Shown here: positions 33,313-43,616 of the stretch, piece by piece | Numbering within the stretch: position 1 is the stretch's first letter | How the letters are laid out: each line of letters starts with the position of its first letter | Origin: Coleofasciculus sp. B1-GNL1-01 | GTDB taxonomy: Bacteria; Cyanobacteriota; Cyanobacteriia; Cyanobacteriales; Coleofasciculaceae | Assembly: GCA_040220235.1 (NCBI GenBank) | Contig: JAVJTO010000064.1 | Length of the DNA: 64,000 nucleotides | Strand: one strand, 5' to 3' | Position numbers and translations under genes: made by a program | The notes under the pieces: generated by a model | What the model saw: only the letters and a program-made list of their open reading frames with translations | Database searches by the model: none | What the model was told of the DNA's origin: nothing

Positions 33313-34293
33313 TCATTTGGTTTTCTCTGGTGAGGGAGAAGAAGAATCCGGAGACCAAACCCCAATATCAACCGTCATTGATATAATTCCAGCAATGGCA
33401 GCGGCTATTCCCAGAATTCCCCCCACTATTTTCCCCACCTTCACCCATTCTGCCTTCGTTTGCGGAAATCCAGGAACCCTTATCCCCCGCCTGATTCCCA
33501 ATAACGCTAACCACTCCTCCATTGTTTGCGGGCGATCGCCATATTCCAATTTCATACCCTGGACAATCGCCTGATTTACCCGCTCAGAAATATCAAATTT
33601 TAGCGTCTTCGGTTCAACTAACTCAGCACTATCATCCAAACGATCTAACGCCGTTGCAGGTAATTTCCCCGTCAGCAAAACGTATAAGGTTGCGGCTAAA
33701 GAATAAACATCCGTATACGCCCCCTGTTTTCGGTTCGTTGAACTTAACTCCACCGGAGCGAATTGTTTATCTTTCCAACGAGAAGTTAACGGATTATTAA
33801 ATTCCCCTGCTAAATCAAAATCAATCAGCACCGCCTGCTGCTTTCCAGCGCGTACCATAATATTCTCTGGCTTCACATCCCGATGCAGCAATCCCTGTTG
33901 ATGCACCTCAATTAACGCTTCACCCACCTGCTGGATATAAACTAAGGCTTCCTTTGGGGGTATGGGTAGCGTCAAGTCAGAGAGTTTAATCCCGGCAATA
34001 TACTCCATCAAAATACAAAAAACTTGCCCCTCTTTAAACGTGCGGTAAACTCGGACAATATGAGGATGCTTGCAGCGTTCCAGCTTCAGCGCCTCATCAC
34101 AAAATTTTGACTCGATGCTGGTTCGTTCTGCATCCGGAAGTTGACTGAGAATATCCTGATTGAGGGTTTTGACGACAAAATCCTTTCCGGTATCATCCTG
34201 AACCCGATAGGTAATCGCACAACGCCCTCGTCCTAATTCCTGTTGTATCGTGTACTTGCTATTTTGTAACGTCTGTCCCGTTATCCAAGCCAT
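33313..34293 (-). CDS. Serine/threonine protein kinase with C-terminal TM helix
   Basis: LGRG, VVKTL, HRDVKPEN, LIDFD, DVYSLA. Confidence 0.92.
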   Translation of the reverse strand: MAWITGQTLQNSKYTIQQELGRGRCAITYRVQDDTGKDFVVKTLNQDILSQLPDAERTSIESKFCDEALKLERCKHPHIVRVYRTFKEGQVFCILMEYIAGIKLSDLTLPIPPKEALVYIQQVGEALIEVHQQGLLHRDVKPENIMVRAGKQQAVLIDFDLAGEFNNPLTSRWKDKQFAPVELSSTNRKQGAYTDVYSLAATLYVLLTGKLPATALDRLDDSAELVEPKTLKFDISERVNQAIVQGMKLEYGDRPQTMEEWLALLGIRRGIRVPGFPQTKAEWVKVGKIVGGILGIAAAIAGIISMTVDIGVWSPDSSSPSPEKTK

Positions 34294-34747
34294 TACCTGT
34301 AAATCCAAGACGTTACCTTATTCTGACACAAGGGCAATTTGTCTTATGTCTTATGTCTTATGTGAGGGTTTGAGGACTATTTACAGAACTTAATGTAGTT
34401 TGGGCTTTTTCCCCCAACCGACTTAGGCAGGCATGATGTAACAGGAAACAAAAACAAGGAACCTGGGCGTGTTGAAAATCTTTAACTCAATTAACAAAAT
34501 TGATGTCTCGGTACTTATCAGCGGATTTATTAAATAATTATTAATTAATAATTATCCTATTTATCAAAAATGAAGTATAGATAAAAAACTAAAACCCGGC
34601 TGACTTATTCTTTGTTTTCGGAAACAAGTCAACAATTAAGATTTATTTTGTTTTAACTTTAAATATCTGTAGTCAAGATATCCTAGACGTTATCTAAAGA
34701 AAAATTAGTCGGATCATTGGCTAATTCAGGGTAAAGGCAAACAACGA

Positions 34748-35539
34748 ATGGATATCGTAGAATACAATCGCATCAAGCTGACCATCCGCCATCGACCTCT
34801 GTTGCTGTGGCTTTTGAGTAGTATTCTCGCCGCCGTTGGGCTAGGGGTAATTGCCTTTCAAGGCGGGTCAGCCCTAACCTGTCAGCGAACTGGACAAACG
34901 GGCAGTTGTGAATTGGTTAACTCCAGGTTGGTCGGAGCAGAGGTTAGAACTATTCCTTTAGACAGTTTACGAGATGCCAGCATTGAGATCAATCCCAGGA
35001 ATGAGAGTGATGATACTTATCGGGTTGTCCTCATAACGGGGAGCGGAGCAATTCCCTTAACGTCGGATTATAGTTCCGATAGTAATCAGCAAGAATCGAT
35101 TGCTTCCCAAATTAATACCTTTATTATGAATCAAGACCAGGTATCCCTGAACGTGCAGCAAGACGATCGCTGGTTTGGTTATCTGTTTGGCAGTTTATTA
35201 ATCGGCGTGGGGTTGTTCGTGGCGGTGCGTAAAGGGAAAGTCGTTACCTTGAGCTTTGATAAAGTGCGCGATCGCATGATGCTCAAGCAACGGGGTTTGC
35301 TCAGGGGTACAACGATAGAACTCCCTCTTGCCGAGATTGTTGATGTGACGATAGAAACGATTAGAGATGCCAAAGATCGCCAGATAGAGCGAGTGGCTCT
35401 GGTTTTGAATTCGGGTAAGCATCTTGCTATCACTCCTGATGCTGATCCATTCTGGGACTACAAAAAAGTGGCTCACTGTATTCGCCTCTTTCTAAATCTC
35501 AACTCGGAGCAGTCGTCGGGAAAGACGCCACAGATCTGA
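34748..35539 (+). CDS. Conserved hypothetical membrane protein
   Basis: Two TM segments; internally repeated beta-rich domain. Confidence 0.7.
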   Translation: MDIVEYNRIKLTIRHRPLLLWLLSSILAAVGLGVIAFQGGSALTCQRTGQTGSCELVNSRLVGAEVRTIPLDSLRDASIEINPRNESDDTYRVVLITGSGAIPLTSDYSSDSNQQESIASQINTFIMNQDQVSLNVQQDDRWFGYLFGSLLIGVGLFVAVRKGKVVTLSFDKVRDRMMLKQRGLLRGTTIELPLAEIVDVTIETIRDAKDRQIERVALVLNSGKHLAITPDADPFWDYKKVAHCIRLFLNLNSEQSSGKTPQI

Positions 35540-35547
35540 GCAGGAGA

Positions 35548-35612
35548 AGCTGGGGGAGATAGGGGAGATGGGGGAGATAGGGGAGATAGGGGAGATGGAG
35601 GAGATGGGGGAT
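35548..35612. repeat. Nonamer tandem repeat GGGGGAGAT(A/G)
   Basis: About six tandem units seen directly. Confidence 0.8.
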
Positions 35613-35780
35613 GCAGCCAGGGCGGGTTGAGTGAAATTAGGGTTTTCTCCTAAACGTTATCGGTAAAACCCGTCCCTAAACACTATGCCCTCTTTCCGAA
35701 GCGAAGGATCAAAACTCAAAACTTTATAACAACGCGCTAACCTATTCCTGGTAGGCTGATAGCTGAGATTAACAGCGTAG

Positions 35781-38147
35781 ATGGCTAATATGGGACTGAA
35801 TCGGCGGACTTTCCTGCAAAAAGCTGGCTGGGGTCTAGCGGCACTGGGAGTCAGTGAAACGGTACTATCACTCCTTAGTGATAAAAGTTTAGCCGTGCCT
35901 TTGTTGGAGCGTTATTTTCAGGTGCTGGCACAACCCGGTGGACGTAAGTTGGCACTTCTGGTGGGGATCAATGAGTATCCGCGCACGACAGCTTTGGCGG
36001 GGTGCGTAACGGATGTAGAGTTGCAACGAGAACTGTTAATTCATCGGTTTGGGTTCCAGGCGAACGATATCGTGACGCTGACGAATAGCCAAGCCACTCG
36101 CGAGACGATTGAAACCACGTTTATTGAACATTTAACCAAGCAAGCCGAGGCGGGTGATGTGGTTGTCTTCCACTTTAGTGGTTACGGTAGCCAAGTGCAG
36201 ATGCCTCAGCAAGATGAAACCGTAGCCTCGGCGGTACGCTGGCAAAACAGTTTTGTACCCGTTGATGGGATTTTACCCACAAAAGGCGAACCCGCTGCTA
36301 ATGATTTTTTAGCCGAAACCTTGGCATTGCTGTTGCGATCGCTAGCCACGGATCAGGTGACAACAGTCCTTGATACCAGTCATACACAAGCGGTGAATAT
36401 CCTCAAAGGCAGTCTAAAAGTACGCTCTTCTTCCCGCCAACCCGCCCTAGCGCCTAATCCCGATGAACTGGCGTTTCGAGAACAACTCGTGCAGCGGCTC
36501 AAAGCCTCATCCAAACCCTGGAAACCATTAGATAAATCCATGCAAATGCCAGGATTGGTGTTAACGGCGGCGGGTTCGTCTCAACCCGCAACCGAGGCGC
36601 AGTGGAATGGCTTTAGTGCGGGTTTATTTACTTATGCTCTAACTCAGCATCTATGGCAAGCCACGGCTGCAACCAGCGTTCAGATTAGCGTCAGTCGCAC
36701 CACTGGGATGATTAATCAATTCGCGGGTAATGATCAACAGCCTCAGTTAAGGGGTCAAAAGAGCCAAAATTCCTTGCTTGCCTATTACTTATCCCCCAAT
36801 CCTCCCTTGGGAGCAGATGGAGTTGTCACGGGGATTGAAGAGAATGGCAAAGTGGCACAGCTATGGTTAGCGGGATTACCGGCACCTGTGCTGGAGTATT
36901 ATAGTCCCAATTCGGTTCTAGAGTTGCTCGATGAATCGCTGAGTTTACCGCTGTCGCCGCCCGAAAATTCATCAGCTACGGATAACCCCGCCCAACCTGT
37001 CCCTAAATCCGTTCAACTCCAACTGCGATCCAAAGACGGGTTAACCGCCAAGGCACGTATACTAAGTGGCAATGGTGGGGAAAAAGTGCAACCGCAAGTG
37101 GGTCAACTGGTACGCGAACGGATTAGAGTATTACCCCGAAATATGGGTTTAACGATCGCCCTGGATACTCACTTGGAACGCATTGAACGGGTGGATGCAA
37201 CCAGTGCCTTTGCGAGTATTCCTTCGGTGTCATCCGTTGTCGTTGCTGGGGAACAAGCAACAGATTATTTGTTTGGCAGAGGAAAAAAACAGGCAACAGA
37301 AACATCAGAACCGAAGTTTAAAGGAGGCTATGGACTCTTTTCCCTTGCCCGGAACCCAATTCCCAATAGTCTAGGCGAGGAGGCGGAGGCAGTTAAATCA
37401 GCAGTGAATCGCTTAAATCCCAAATTTAAAACCTTATTGGCAATGAAATGGCTGCGGTTGACCGCGAATGAAGGGTCATCGCGCCTGGGGATTCGGGCAT
37501 CGCTGGAAATGATTGCCCCGGAAACCAAGACAATTATCCAACGGGAAACCTGGCGCACGTCTGGGAGGTTCGCTACCAATAAAACGAAGAACAATGCGAG
37601 TAAGACATCGCCCTCGGTGGGATCAGCAACAATGCCCAAGTTACCCATTGGTAGTCGGGTGCAGTATCGCGTAGAAAATTATAGCGATCGCCCTTTGTAT
37701 TTCATGGTGTTGGGTTTGGAAAGTAGCGGCGGTGCGATCGCGTTTTATCAACAACTCCCTTCCCCGGAAGGATTGGAGTCAGAGCAAAATCCACCGCTGA
37801 TTAGTGGTGCGATCAAACCTGGGGAAACTCTGATTCTGCCCCAACCCTCGGCATCCTTTAATTGGATGGTTCCCGGTCCGGTGGGTGTGGCGGAAATTCA
37901 ACTGATTTGCAGCCCTTCTCCGTTCAAAGGTGCGATCGCGGCATTAGAAGCAGCCATGCGTCCCAAGGGAGAGGGAGAACGAGTGGGCGATTTGTTTAAT
38001 CCCCTGGAAGTCACACGGGCGATTCTACAAGACTTGCATCAGGCGAGTAACATTACTCCCGATAAGTTGGGTATCGGTTCTGATGTGTATGCATTGGATG
38101 TGAATGCTTGGGCAACCTTGAGTTTTAATTATCAGGTGGTTTCTTGA
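35781..38147 (+). CDS. Caspase-family (C14) protein with substituted catalytic dyad, Tat-like signal and C-terminal DUF4384-like domain
   Basis: NRRTFLQ; KLALLVGINEY, LAGCVTDV; FSGYGS (H to Y) and LDTSH (C to S). Confidence 0.85.
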   Translation: MANMGLNRRTFLQKAGWGLAALGVSETVLSLLSDKSLAVPLLERYFQVLAQPGGRKLALLVGINEYPRTTALAGCVTDVELQRELLIHRFGFQANDIVTLTNSQATRETIETTFIEHLTKQAEAGDVVVFHFSGYGSQVQMPQQDETVASAVRWQNSFVPVDGILPTKGEPAANDFLAETLALLLRSLATDQVTTVLDTSHTQAVNILKGSLKVRSSSRQPALAPNPDELAFREQLVQRLKASSKPWKPLDKSMQMPGLVLTAAGSSQPATEAQWNGFSAGLFTYALTQHLWQATAATSVQISVSRTTGMINQFAGNDQQPQLRGQKSQNSLLAYYLSPNPPLGADGVVTGIEENGKVAQLWLAGLPAPVLEYYSPNSVLELLDESLSLPLSPPENSSATDNPAQPVPKSVQLQLRSKDGLTAKARILSGNGGEKVQPQVGQLVRERIRVLPRNMGLTIALDTHLERIERVDATSAFASIPSVSSVVVAGEQATDYLFGRGKKQATETSEPKFKGGYGLFSLARNPIPNSLGEEAEAVKSAVNRLNPKFKTLLAMKWLRLTANEGSSRLGIRASLEMIAPETKTIIQRETWRTSGRFATNKTKNNASKTSPSVGSATMPKLPIGSRVQYRVENYSDRPLYFMVLGLESSGGAIAFYQQLPSPEGLESEQNPPLISGAIKPGETLILPQPSASFNWMVPGPVGVAEIQLICSPSPFKGAIAALEAAMRPKGEGERVGDLFNPLEVTRAILQDLHQASNITPDKLGIGSDVYALDVNAWATLSFNYQVVS

Positions 38148-38151
38148 TCTT

Positions 38152-38192
38152 TGAGGGAACAGGGAACAGGCAACAGGGAACAGGGAACAGGG
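38152..38192. repeat. STRR heptamer GGGAACA repeat
   Basis: About five tandem units; also near 30810 and 43160-43222. Confidence 0.8.
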
Positions 38193-38286
38193 AATTCTAG
38201 TGTTATTGGTCATTTGCCTTTTCTCCCCGCACTTGGGATAAAACGAGACAGTGACACAGTTGGCAGCGCAAAACTGCAATTTGGTA

Positions 38287-39567
38287 TCAATGACTGGAAA
38301 AAAGCTGAGTTCTCCCCCAAATACCAACTGCTCCTAAACCTAACAATACAGCGATCGCACTCACCAGGGCACCGAAAACGGGGATAGTGGTTAAGATGAC
38401 AAAAATCAGCAATCCCATCCCTAAGGGTAAAATTTGCCCCTTGGTTTCAATCCGACTCACTCGCAGTACCCAGCGCCCGCCCAAACGACTAATCACAATT
38501 TGGGGAACGTAGATGACAAACAGCCAAAAGCTAGCCACGAGTACAGTGTAAGTCAACAGTCCTAAACCGAGAACCAGTGGCACTAATTTTGGGATAATCC
38601 AGCCCAAGACGAACATTAGTATCAAGCTAACCACCGGAATGGCGATCGCGAAGACTCCCACACTCACAACAACCAGAATCCCCCAACCCGCACTCGCTAA
38701 GGGTTTGGATGCAACAGTATGGGCTAATTGATTTGTCCAATTGGGTACAATCGCAAACAGCAATAAGCCAACCAGCAGTAATGCTAACCAACGCTGCACT
38801 CGATTCCATATCCTTGCGGTTAAGGGTGGAGGTGGTGCTGTTTCTATCTCTTGTCGAGCAATACCCTCAGCTATTGTTGCTTGCGGACTGATATCAGCAT
38901 CGGTGGGGGATTGATAGCGAAGCTGACCCTCAATTTGAGCCGAATCCGTTACCGTTAGCCCCCCTGGAACCTCAGGAATGGGTACAGGGGTTTGACGGAC
39001 AAAGGTAGGGTTAAAAGAACCATCACCCACTGCAACCTGCACATCACCGCCAACGGTACCACTCAATTCTAAAGCTGCCATACCCCCCGTCATCCGTTCT
39101 GCAAGGGTTCCAGCCAATAGCGCTTGCGCTCCACCATAAGATAAACTTCCCCCAATAGTGCTACCTGGTTTAATCTCCAGACTGAAGCCTGCGGCGACCA
39201 CATCATCGGCAATTTCAGCCTCGGTTCCCAATTGCAATACTTGACCCGCTATGCGGACATCATCCTGGACTGTACCGTTAATCACCACGGCTTGACCCGC
39301 CGCAATTAAATCGCCTGTAACTGTGCCGTTGACTGTAATTTGGCGACCTGCCCCAACGACATCTCCGTTGACTGTACCGTTAATCGTAATTTGGTTTCCA
39401 GCTAAGTATAAGTCATCCTCAATCAACTCATTGACACCAATAACGATCTCTTCTCCACTTTGCATCGTCATTGACCAGACGGGTGAGAGTCCAAATAGCC
39501 CTCCCAGCAATACCAAACCGATTAGAAATAGGAGAATTCGTTTAATGGTCATTCGCAGCGATTTCAT
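38287..39567 (-). CDS. Bactofilin-like beta-helix membrane protein
   Basis: Signal peptide, repeats of INGTVxGDxxAAG, multi-TM C-terminus. Confidence 0.75.
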   Translation of the reverse strand: MKSLRMTIKRILLFLIGLVLLGGLFGLSPVWSMTMQSGEEIVIGVNELIEDDLYLAGNQITINGTVNGDVVGAGRQITVNGTVTGDLIAAGQAVVINGTVQDDVRIAGQVLQLGTEAEIADDVVAAGFSLEIKPGSTIGGSLSYGGAQALLAGTLAERMTGGMAALELSGTVGGDVQVAVGDGSFNPTFVRQTPVPIPEVPGGLTVTDSAQIEGQLRYQSPTDADISPQATIAEGIARQEIETAPPPPLTARIWNRVQRWLALLLVGLLLFAIVPNWTNQLAHTVASKPLASAGWGILVVVSVGVFAIAIPVVSLILMFVLGWIIPKLVPLVLGLGLLTYTVLVASFWLFVIYVPQIVISRLGGRWVLRVSRIETKGQILPLGMGLLIFVILTTIPVFGALVSAIAVLLGLGAVGIWGRTQLFSSH

Positions 39568-39798
39568 CCTATCGTCCTCCAGGGAGTTTCGCCTATGCTG
39601 GACTATCTCTTGGATTTTGGGCGACTATCAAAAGATAGAGATATTAATCGTTTCTTCTATAAATTTTCCCAATTAGCAATCAACTTTGAACAATTAGTAG
39701 TTAATTTCTACCGCCTGATAGATTTTTTATAAATCAGCTTGGCGGATGATAACGGTAAACTCCTAATATTCAGTGAAGTATTTTCCGAGGAACTACTC

Positions 39799-40758
39799 GT
39801 GCGCCAGGATCGAATTCTTGCCTTAGTGTTGATTATTATTTGCGTCGTGGTGGCATTGGGGAATTGGCTAGGAGGCGGCACTCCTCGTCCTGAACAGGTA
39901 GGTTCTGGCACAGGTATTCGTACCAGGGGTCAGGCAGATGTGGCTCTGCTAGAAGTCTATGGTCTAATCAGCGACCAACCGACAACCACGCCATTTGCTA
40001 CGACCGATACCTCAAATTCTAATGCGTTGATTAAAGCGATTCGCCAAGCTCGCCAGGATCAGGTTAAGGCAATTTTACTACATATTAATAGTCCAGGTGG
40101 AACTCCGGCAGCATCGCAAGCGATTTACAATGAGCTGATGCGAACCCGTGAAGACACTGATATTAAAATTGTTGCCAGTATGGGTGACGTTGCCGCGTCT
40201 GGTGCTTATTATGTCGCCAGTGCTGCCCATCATATTGTCGCCAATCCGGCATCGGTAACAGGTTCAATTGGTGTAATTGTTCGCACCCAAAACGTGTCAC
40301 CCTTGTTGGATAATATTGGCGTGCAAACCGATAATATTAAAAGCGGTGAATATAAAGATATACTCTCTCCGTTTCGAGAGACAACATCAGACGAACGGCA
40401 AATTGTAGCAGGGATTGTTATGGACTCCTATCAACAATTCCTGGATGCCATTGTCGCGGCACGGGACATCTCGATGAACCAGTTAAAACCCCTGGCAGAT
40501 GGGCGAGTTTTCACCGGGAGACGCGCTAAGGAACTTAACTTAGTCGATTCCTTGGGGAACTCCTATGATGCGTTGCAAAAAACGGCGGAGTTAGCAAATA
40601 TCCAAGGCGAACCAAAAGTCCGCAACTATACCTCAGGATTTTTGCAACAACCGTTTGATCTGTTGTTCTCGTCGTTTTGGCAGCAGTTGATTCCAGGGTA
40701 TCAAAGGATTCGTCAACGGATTGACTGGAACAAATTACCGTTAATGGTGATGGAATAG
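39799..40758 (+). CDS. sppA: Signal peptide peptidase SppA (short form)
   Basis: HINSPGG, DVAASGAYY, TGSIGV, KSGEYKD, ADGRVFTG; GTG start after GAGG. Confidence 0.92.
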   Translation: MRQDRILALVLIIICVVVALGNWLGGGTPRPEQVGSGTGIRTRGQADVALLEVYGLISDQPTTTPFATTDTSNSNALIKAIRQARQDQVKAILLHINSPGGTPAASQAIYNELMRTREDTDIKIVASMGDVAASGAYYVASAAHHIVANPASVTGSIGVIVRTQNVSPLLDNIGVQTDNIKSGEYKDILSPFRETTSDERQIVAGIVMDSYQQFLDAIVAARDISMNQLKPLADGRVFTGRRAKELNLVDSLGNSYDALQKTAELANIQGEPKVRNYTSGFLQQPFDLLFSSFWQQLIPGYQRIRQRIDWNKLPLMVME

Positions 40759-40833
40759 TCCATTTTTGACGTTGTACAGACGTTCCGGCGGAACGTCTCT
40801 ATTGATTGTGACCGCTAACTGTGATTACTCGTT

Positions 40834-41358
40834 ATGCTGGATTCCTTTTATACGGCTATTTTCCGCCCCGCTTCAGAAATTCGCTCTCCGATTCAAACCG
40901 CCATTGTCATTGGGTTATTGGTGGTACTGATAATGGCGCTAAACGCCGCAGGTGCGGCGGGATTGGGTGTGGGGGGTATCATCGGCTTTGGTGTGCTGTT
41001 CCTGTTTGCTGGATCGCTGGGTTGGTATTGGCTGGGAGCATCCCTGAACCTGGTGACTCAATTGTTCGGGGGACAAGGGAATGGTAGAGACAGTTTGAGT
41101 GCGATCGCGCAAGGCTTGTGGCCCCTACTCCTCACAGGAGTTGCGATCGCGGCGAGTCAATGGTCTCAAACCCTGGGCGCTGTGTTCTCTGTGGCGATTA
41201 CCGTTGGCGTGTTTGGGACTCTGGCGATCGCTATCCATCGGGTGCATCAGTTAAGCTGGTTGTCTTCAATTCTCTGTGTGGCGATTACCTTTAGTCTTTC
41301 TTTCTTAGCCCTATTCGGACTCATCCTGTGGCCCCTAATGATTATTTTGGGTACCTGA
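40834..41358 (+). CDS. Yip1-like membrane protein
   Basis: Five hydrophobic helices, FGGQG motif, H.LS near the C-terminus. Confidence 0.6.
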   Translation: MLDSFYTAIFRPASEIRSPIQTAIVIGLLVVLIMALNAAGAAGLGVGGIIGFGVLFLFAGSLGWYWLGASLNLVTQLFGGQGNGRDSLSAIAQGLWPLLLTGVAIAASQWSQTLGAVFSVAITVGVFGTLAIAIHRVHQLSWLSSILCVAITFSLSFLALFGLILWPLMIILGT

Positions 41359-41409
41359 ACGCGAGAAATCAGCCATTGTCGGTGGCGAAAACTTGTTAGG
41401 ATTTGTTAC

Positions 41410-43155
41410 ATGGCTAATTCTCGTATCCAAAAATTATGGGGCTATCTGCGCCCTCATACCACTCAGGTATCATTAGGCATCCTGGCTCTGCTGATTGTCA
41501 ATGCGGTGGGAGTCTATATTCCCCTCTTGATTCGGGATAGTATTGAGGAACTCCGCATCGCCTTCTCGTTCGATCACGTGTTGCGGTTAGTCGGACTGAT
41601 CTTTATCCTGGCATCCTTGATGTGGGGGATTCGCATGGCGTCGCGTATCTTCATCTTCGGGGTGGGGCGTCGGGTGGAATTTGACCTCAAGCAAAAGATT
41701 TTTCAACATCTGCTTACCCTCGAACCCTCTTATTTCTCTACGAATACAGCCGGGGATTTGATTAACCGCGCCACGAGTGATGTGGACAATATCCGCCGTC
41801 TGGTTGGGTTTGCGGTGTTGAGTTTGGTGAATATTGTCTTTGCTTACGGCTTAACGCTACCTGTGATGATGTCGATTGACTGGCGGCTGACGTTCTTGGC
41901 GCTGGCGGTTTATCCGGTGATGTTGATCACAGTGCGTCTGTTTAGTGATAAGCTGCGTACTCAACAACAGGCGGTTCAGGAAGAACTCTCCAACCTCAGC
42001 GAACTGGTTCAGGAAGATATGAGTGGTATCTCCCTGATTAAAATTTACGCCCAGGAAGACAATGAACGCCGTGCCTTCCGTAGTTTAAATCAACGACTGT
42101 TATCGGCAAATCTGGGATTAGCCAGCACTCGCAATATCCTGTTTCCGGTGATTGAAGCCCTATCCTATATCAGCTTACTCCTGTTGATGTGGTTTGGCTC
42201 GGGTTCGATCGCACGGGGGGCGATTACTGTGGGGGATTTTGTCGCCCTGGTTCTCTACGCCGAACGATTAGTCTTCCCCACCGCCTTACTCGGATTCACG
42301 ATTACTACCTATCAACGGGGTGAGGTGAGTATTGACCGAGTGGAGTCAATTTTAACCATTGAACCCAAAATTAAAAATGCCCCAGATGCGATGGCGCTTG
42401 TGCAACCGATTCAGGGAGAGTTGAAAGCCGATCACCTCAGCTACACATTCCCTGATGCCAAAACTCCCGCCCTGCAAGCTGTTGACTTCCACATTCATCC
42501 CGGTGAAACAGTGGCAATTGTCGGTGCGATTGGTTCCGGAAAATCAACCCTGGCAAATGTTTTACCTCGCCTGTTAGATATTGCCCCGAATCAGTTATTT
42601 CTGGATAGTTCCGATGTCACTCAGATACGCTTACCCGATTTAAGGTCTGCGATCGCCTACGTTCCCCAAGATAGCTTTCTATTTAGTACCAGCCTAAAAA
42701 ATAACATTGGCTACGGCGCACCGGGAAGCGAAAAGCCGGAGATAGAACAGGCGGCAAAACAAGCCCAAATTCATTCTGAAGTTCTCAATTTTCCCCAACA
42801 GTATGAAACAATGGTGGGAGAACGGGGAATTACCCTATCTGGTGGTCAGCGTCAGCGAATCGCCCTGGCTAGGGCTTTAGTGATGGATGCGCCGATTCTG
42901 ATTTTAGATGACGCCCTCTCTAGTGTGGATAATCAGACGGCAACCCAAATTTTGGCAAATCTTTCCACAGGAGTTGACCGCAAAACGGTGATTTTCATCT
43001 CCCACCAACTCTCAGCCGCCGCTACCGCTGATCGGATTTTTGTCATGGATGCGGGGAAGATTGTGCAAATGGGAACTCACACTGAACTGATCCAACGTCC
43101 AGGGCTTTATCAAGACTTGTGGAGTCAGCACCAGATTGAGGAGGTTTTGCATTAG
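41410..43155 (+). CDS. ABC exporter, fused permease/ATPase (MdlA/MsbA-like)
   Basis: GAIGSGKS, LSGGQRQR, ILDDALSSVD, ISH; N-terminal TMD. Confidence 0.95.
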   Translation: MANSRIQKLWGYLRPHTTQVSLGILALLIVNAVGVYIPLLIRDSIEELRIAFSFDHVLRLVGLIFILASLMWGIRMASRIFIFGVGRRVEFDLKQKIFQHLLTLEPSYFSTNTAGDLINRATSDVDNIRRLVGFAVLSLVNIVFAYGLTLPVMMSIDWRLTFLALAVYPVMLITVRLFSDKLRTQQQAVQEELSNLSELVQEDMSGISLIKIYAQEDNERRAFRSLNQRLLSANLGLASTRNILFPVIEALSYISLLLLMWFGSGSIARGAITVGDFVALVLYAERLVFPTALLGFTITTYQRGEVSIDRVESILTIEPKIKNAPDAMALVQPIQGELKADHLSYTFPDAKTPALQAVDFHIHPGETVAIVGAIGSGKSTLANVLPRLLDIAPNQLFLDSSDVTQIRLPDLRSAIAYVPQDSFLFSTSLKNNIGYGAPGSEKPEIEQAAKQAQIHSEVLNFPQQYETMVGERGITLSGGQRQRIALARALVMDAPILILDDALSSVDNQTATQILANLSTGVDRKTVIFISHQLSAAATADRIFVMDAGKIVQMGTHTELIQRPGLYQDLWSQHQIEEVLH

Positions 43156-43275
43156 TTACAGGGAACAGGGAACACATCGACTCCGCTCGGTAACACGCTC
43201 GGTGTGTCACAGGGAACAGGGAAATTGTAAAGTTTTGGTAACGAATAATTAGAATTGTCACCGATTTAATTAAAG

Positions 43276-43317
43276 GTAAAACTTGATACAGTTACTACCA
43301 ATAGACTAGGTTAGTAT
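43276..43317 (+). promoter_or_regulatory. Canonical NtcA-activated promoter
   Basis: GTA-AAACTTGA-TAC (43276-43289), exactly 22 nt, then TAGTAT (-10 TAN3T, 43312-43317). Confidence 0.75.
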
Positions 43318-43616
43318 TCAAGAAGACATTATAAAATGCAATGGGCAAATGTTTAGCATTTGCTTAAATCGTGCATTTGACCGAGCATTGCTCTATGCAA
43401 CTTCATTAAATACCAGGGATTCGCGCTCAGGGTGTTTTGTTTTCGTCACTTCCCCAGTTTGAATTAAACCGGGAATACTTAAGAAATCTTAAACGGAAGA
43501 ATTAATCTAGATAGTAATAGAATGATTAATTGATCACGTCCACAAGAAAAGACAACGGTCAAAAGATTCTTAGACAAATAGCCACTTAACGGGAGAACAT
43601 TTCGGGAACATCGGTA

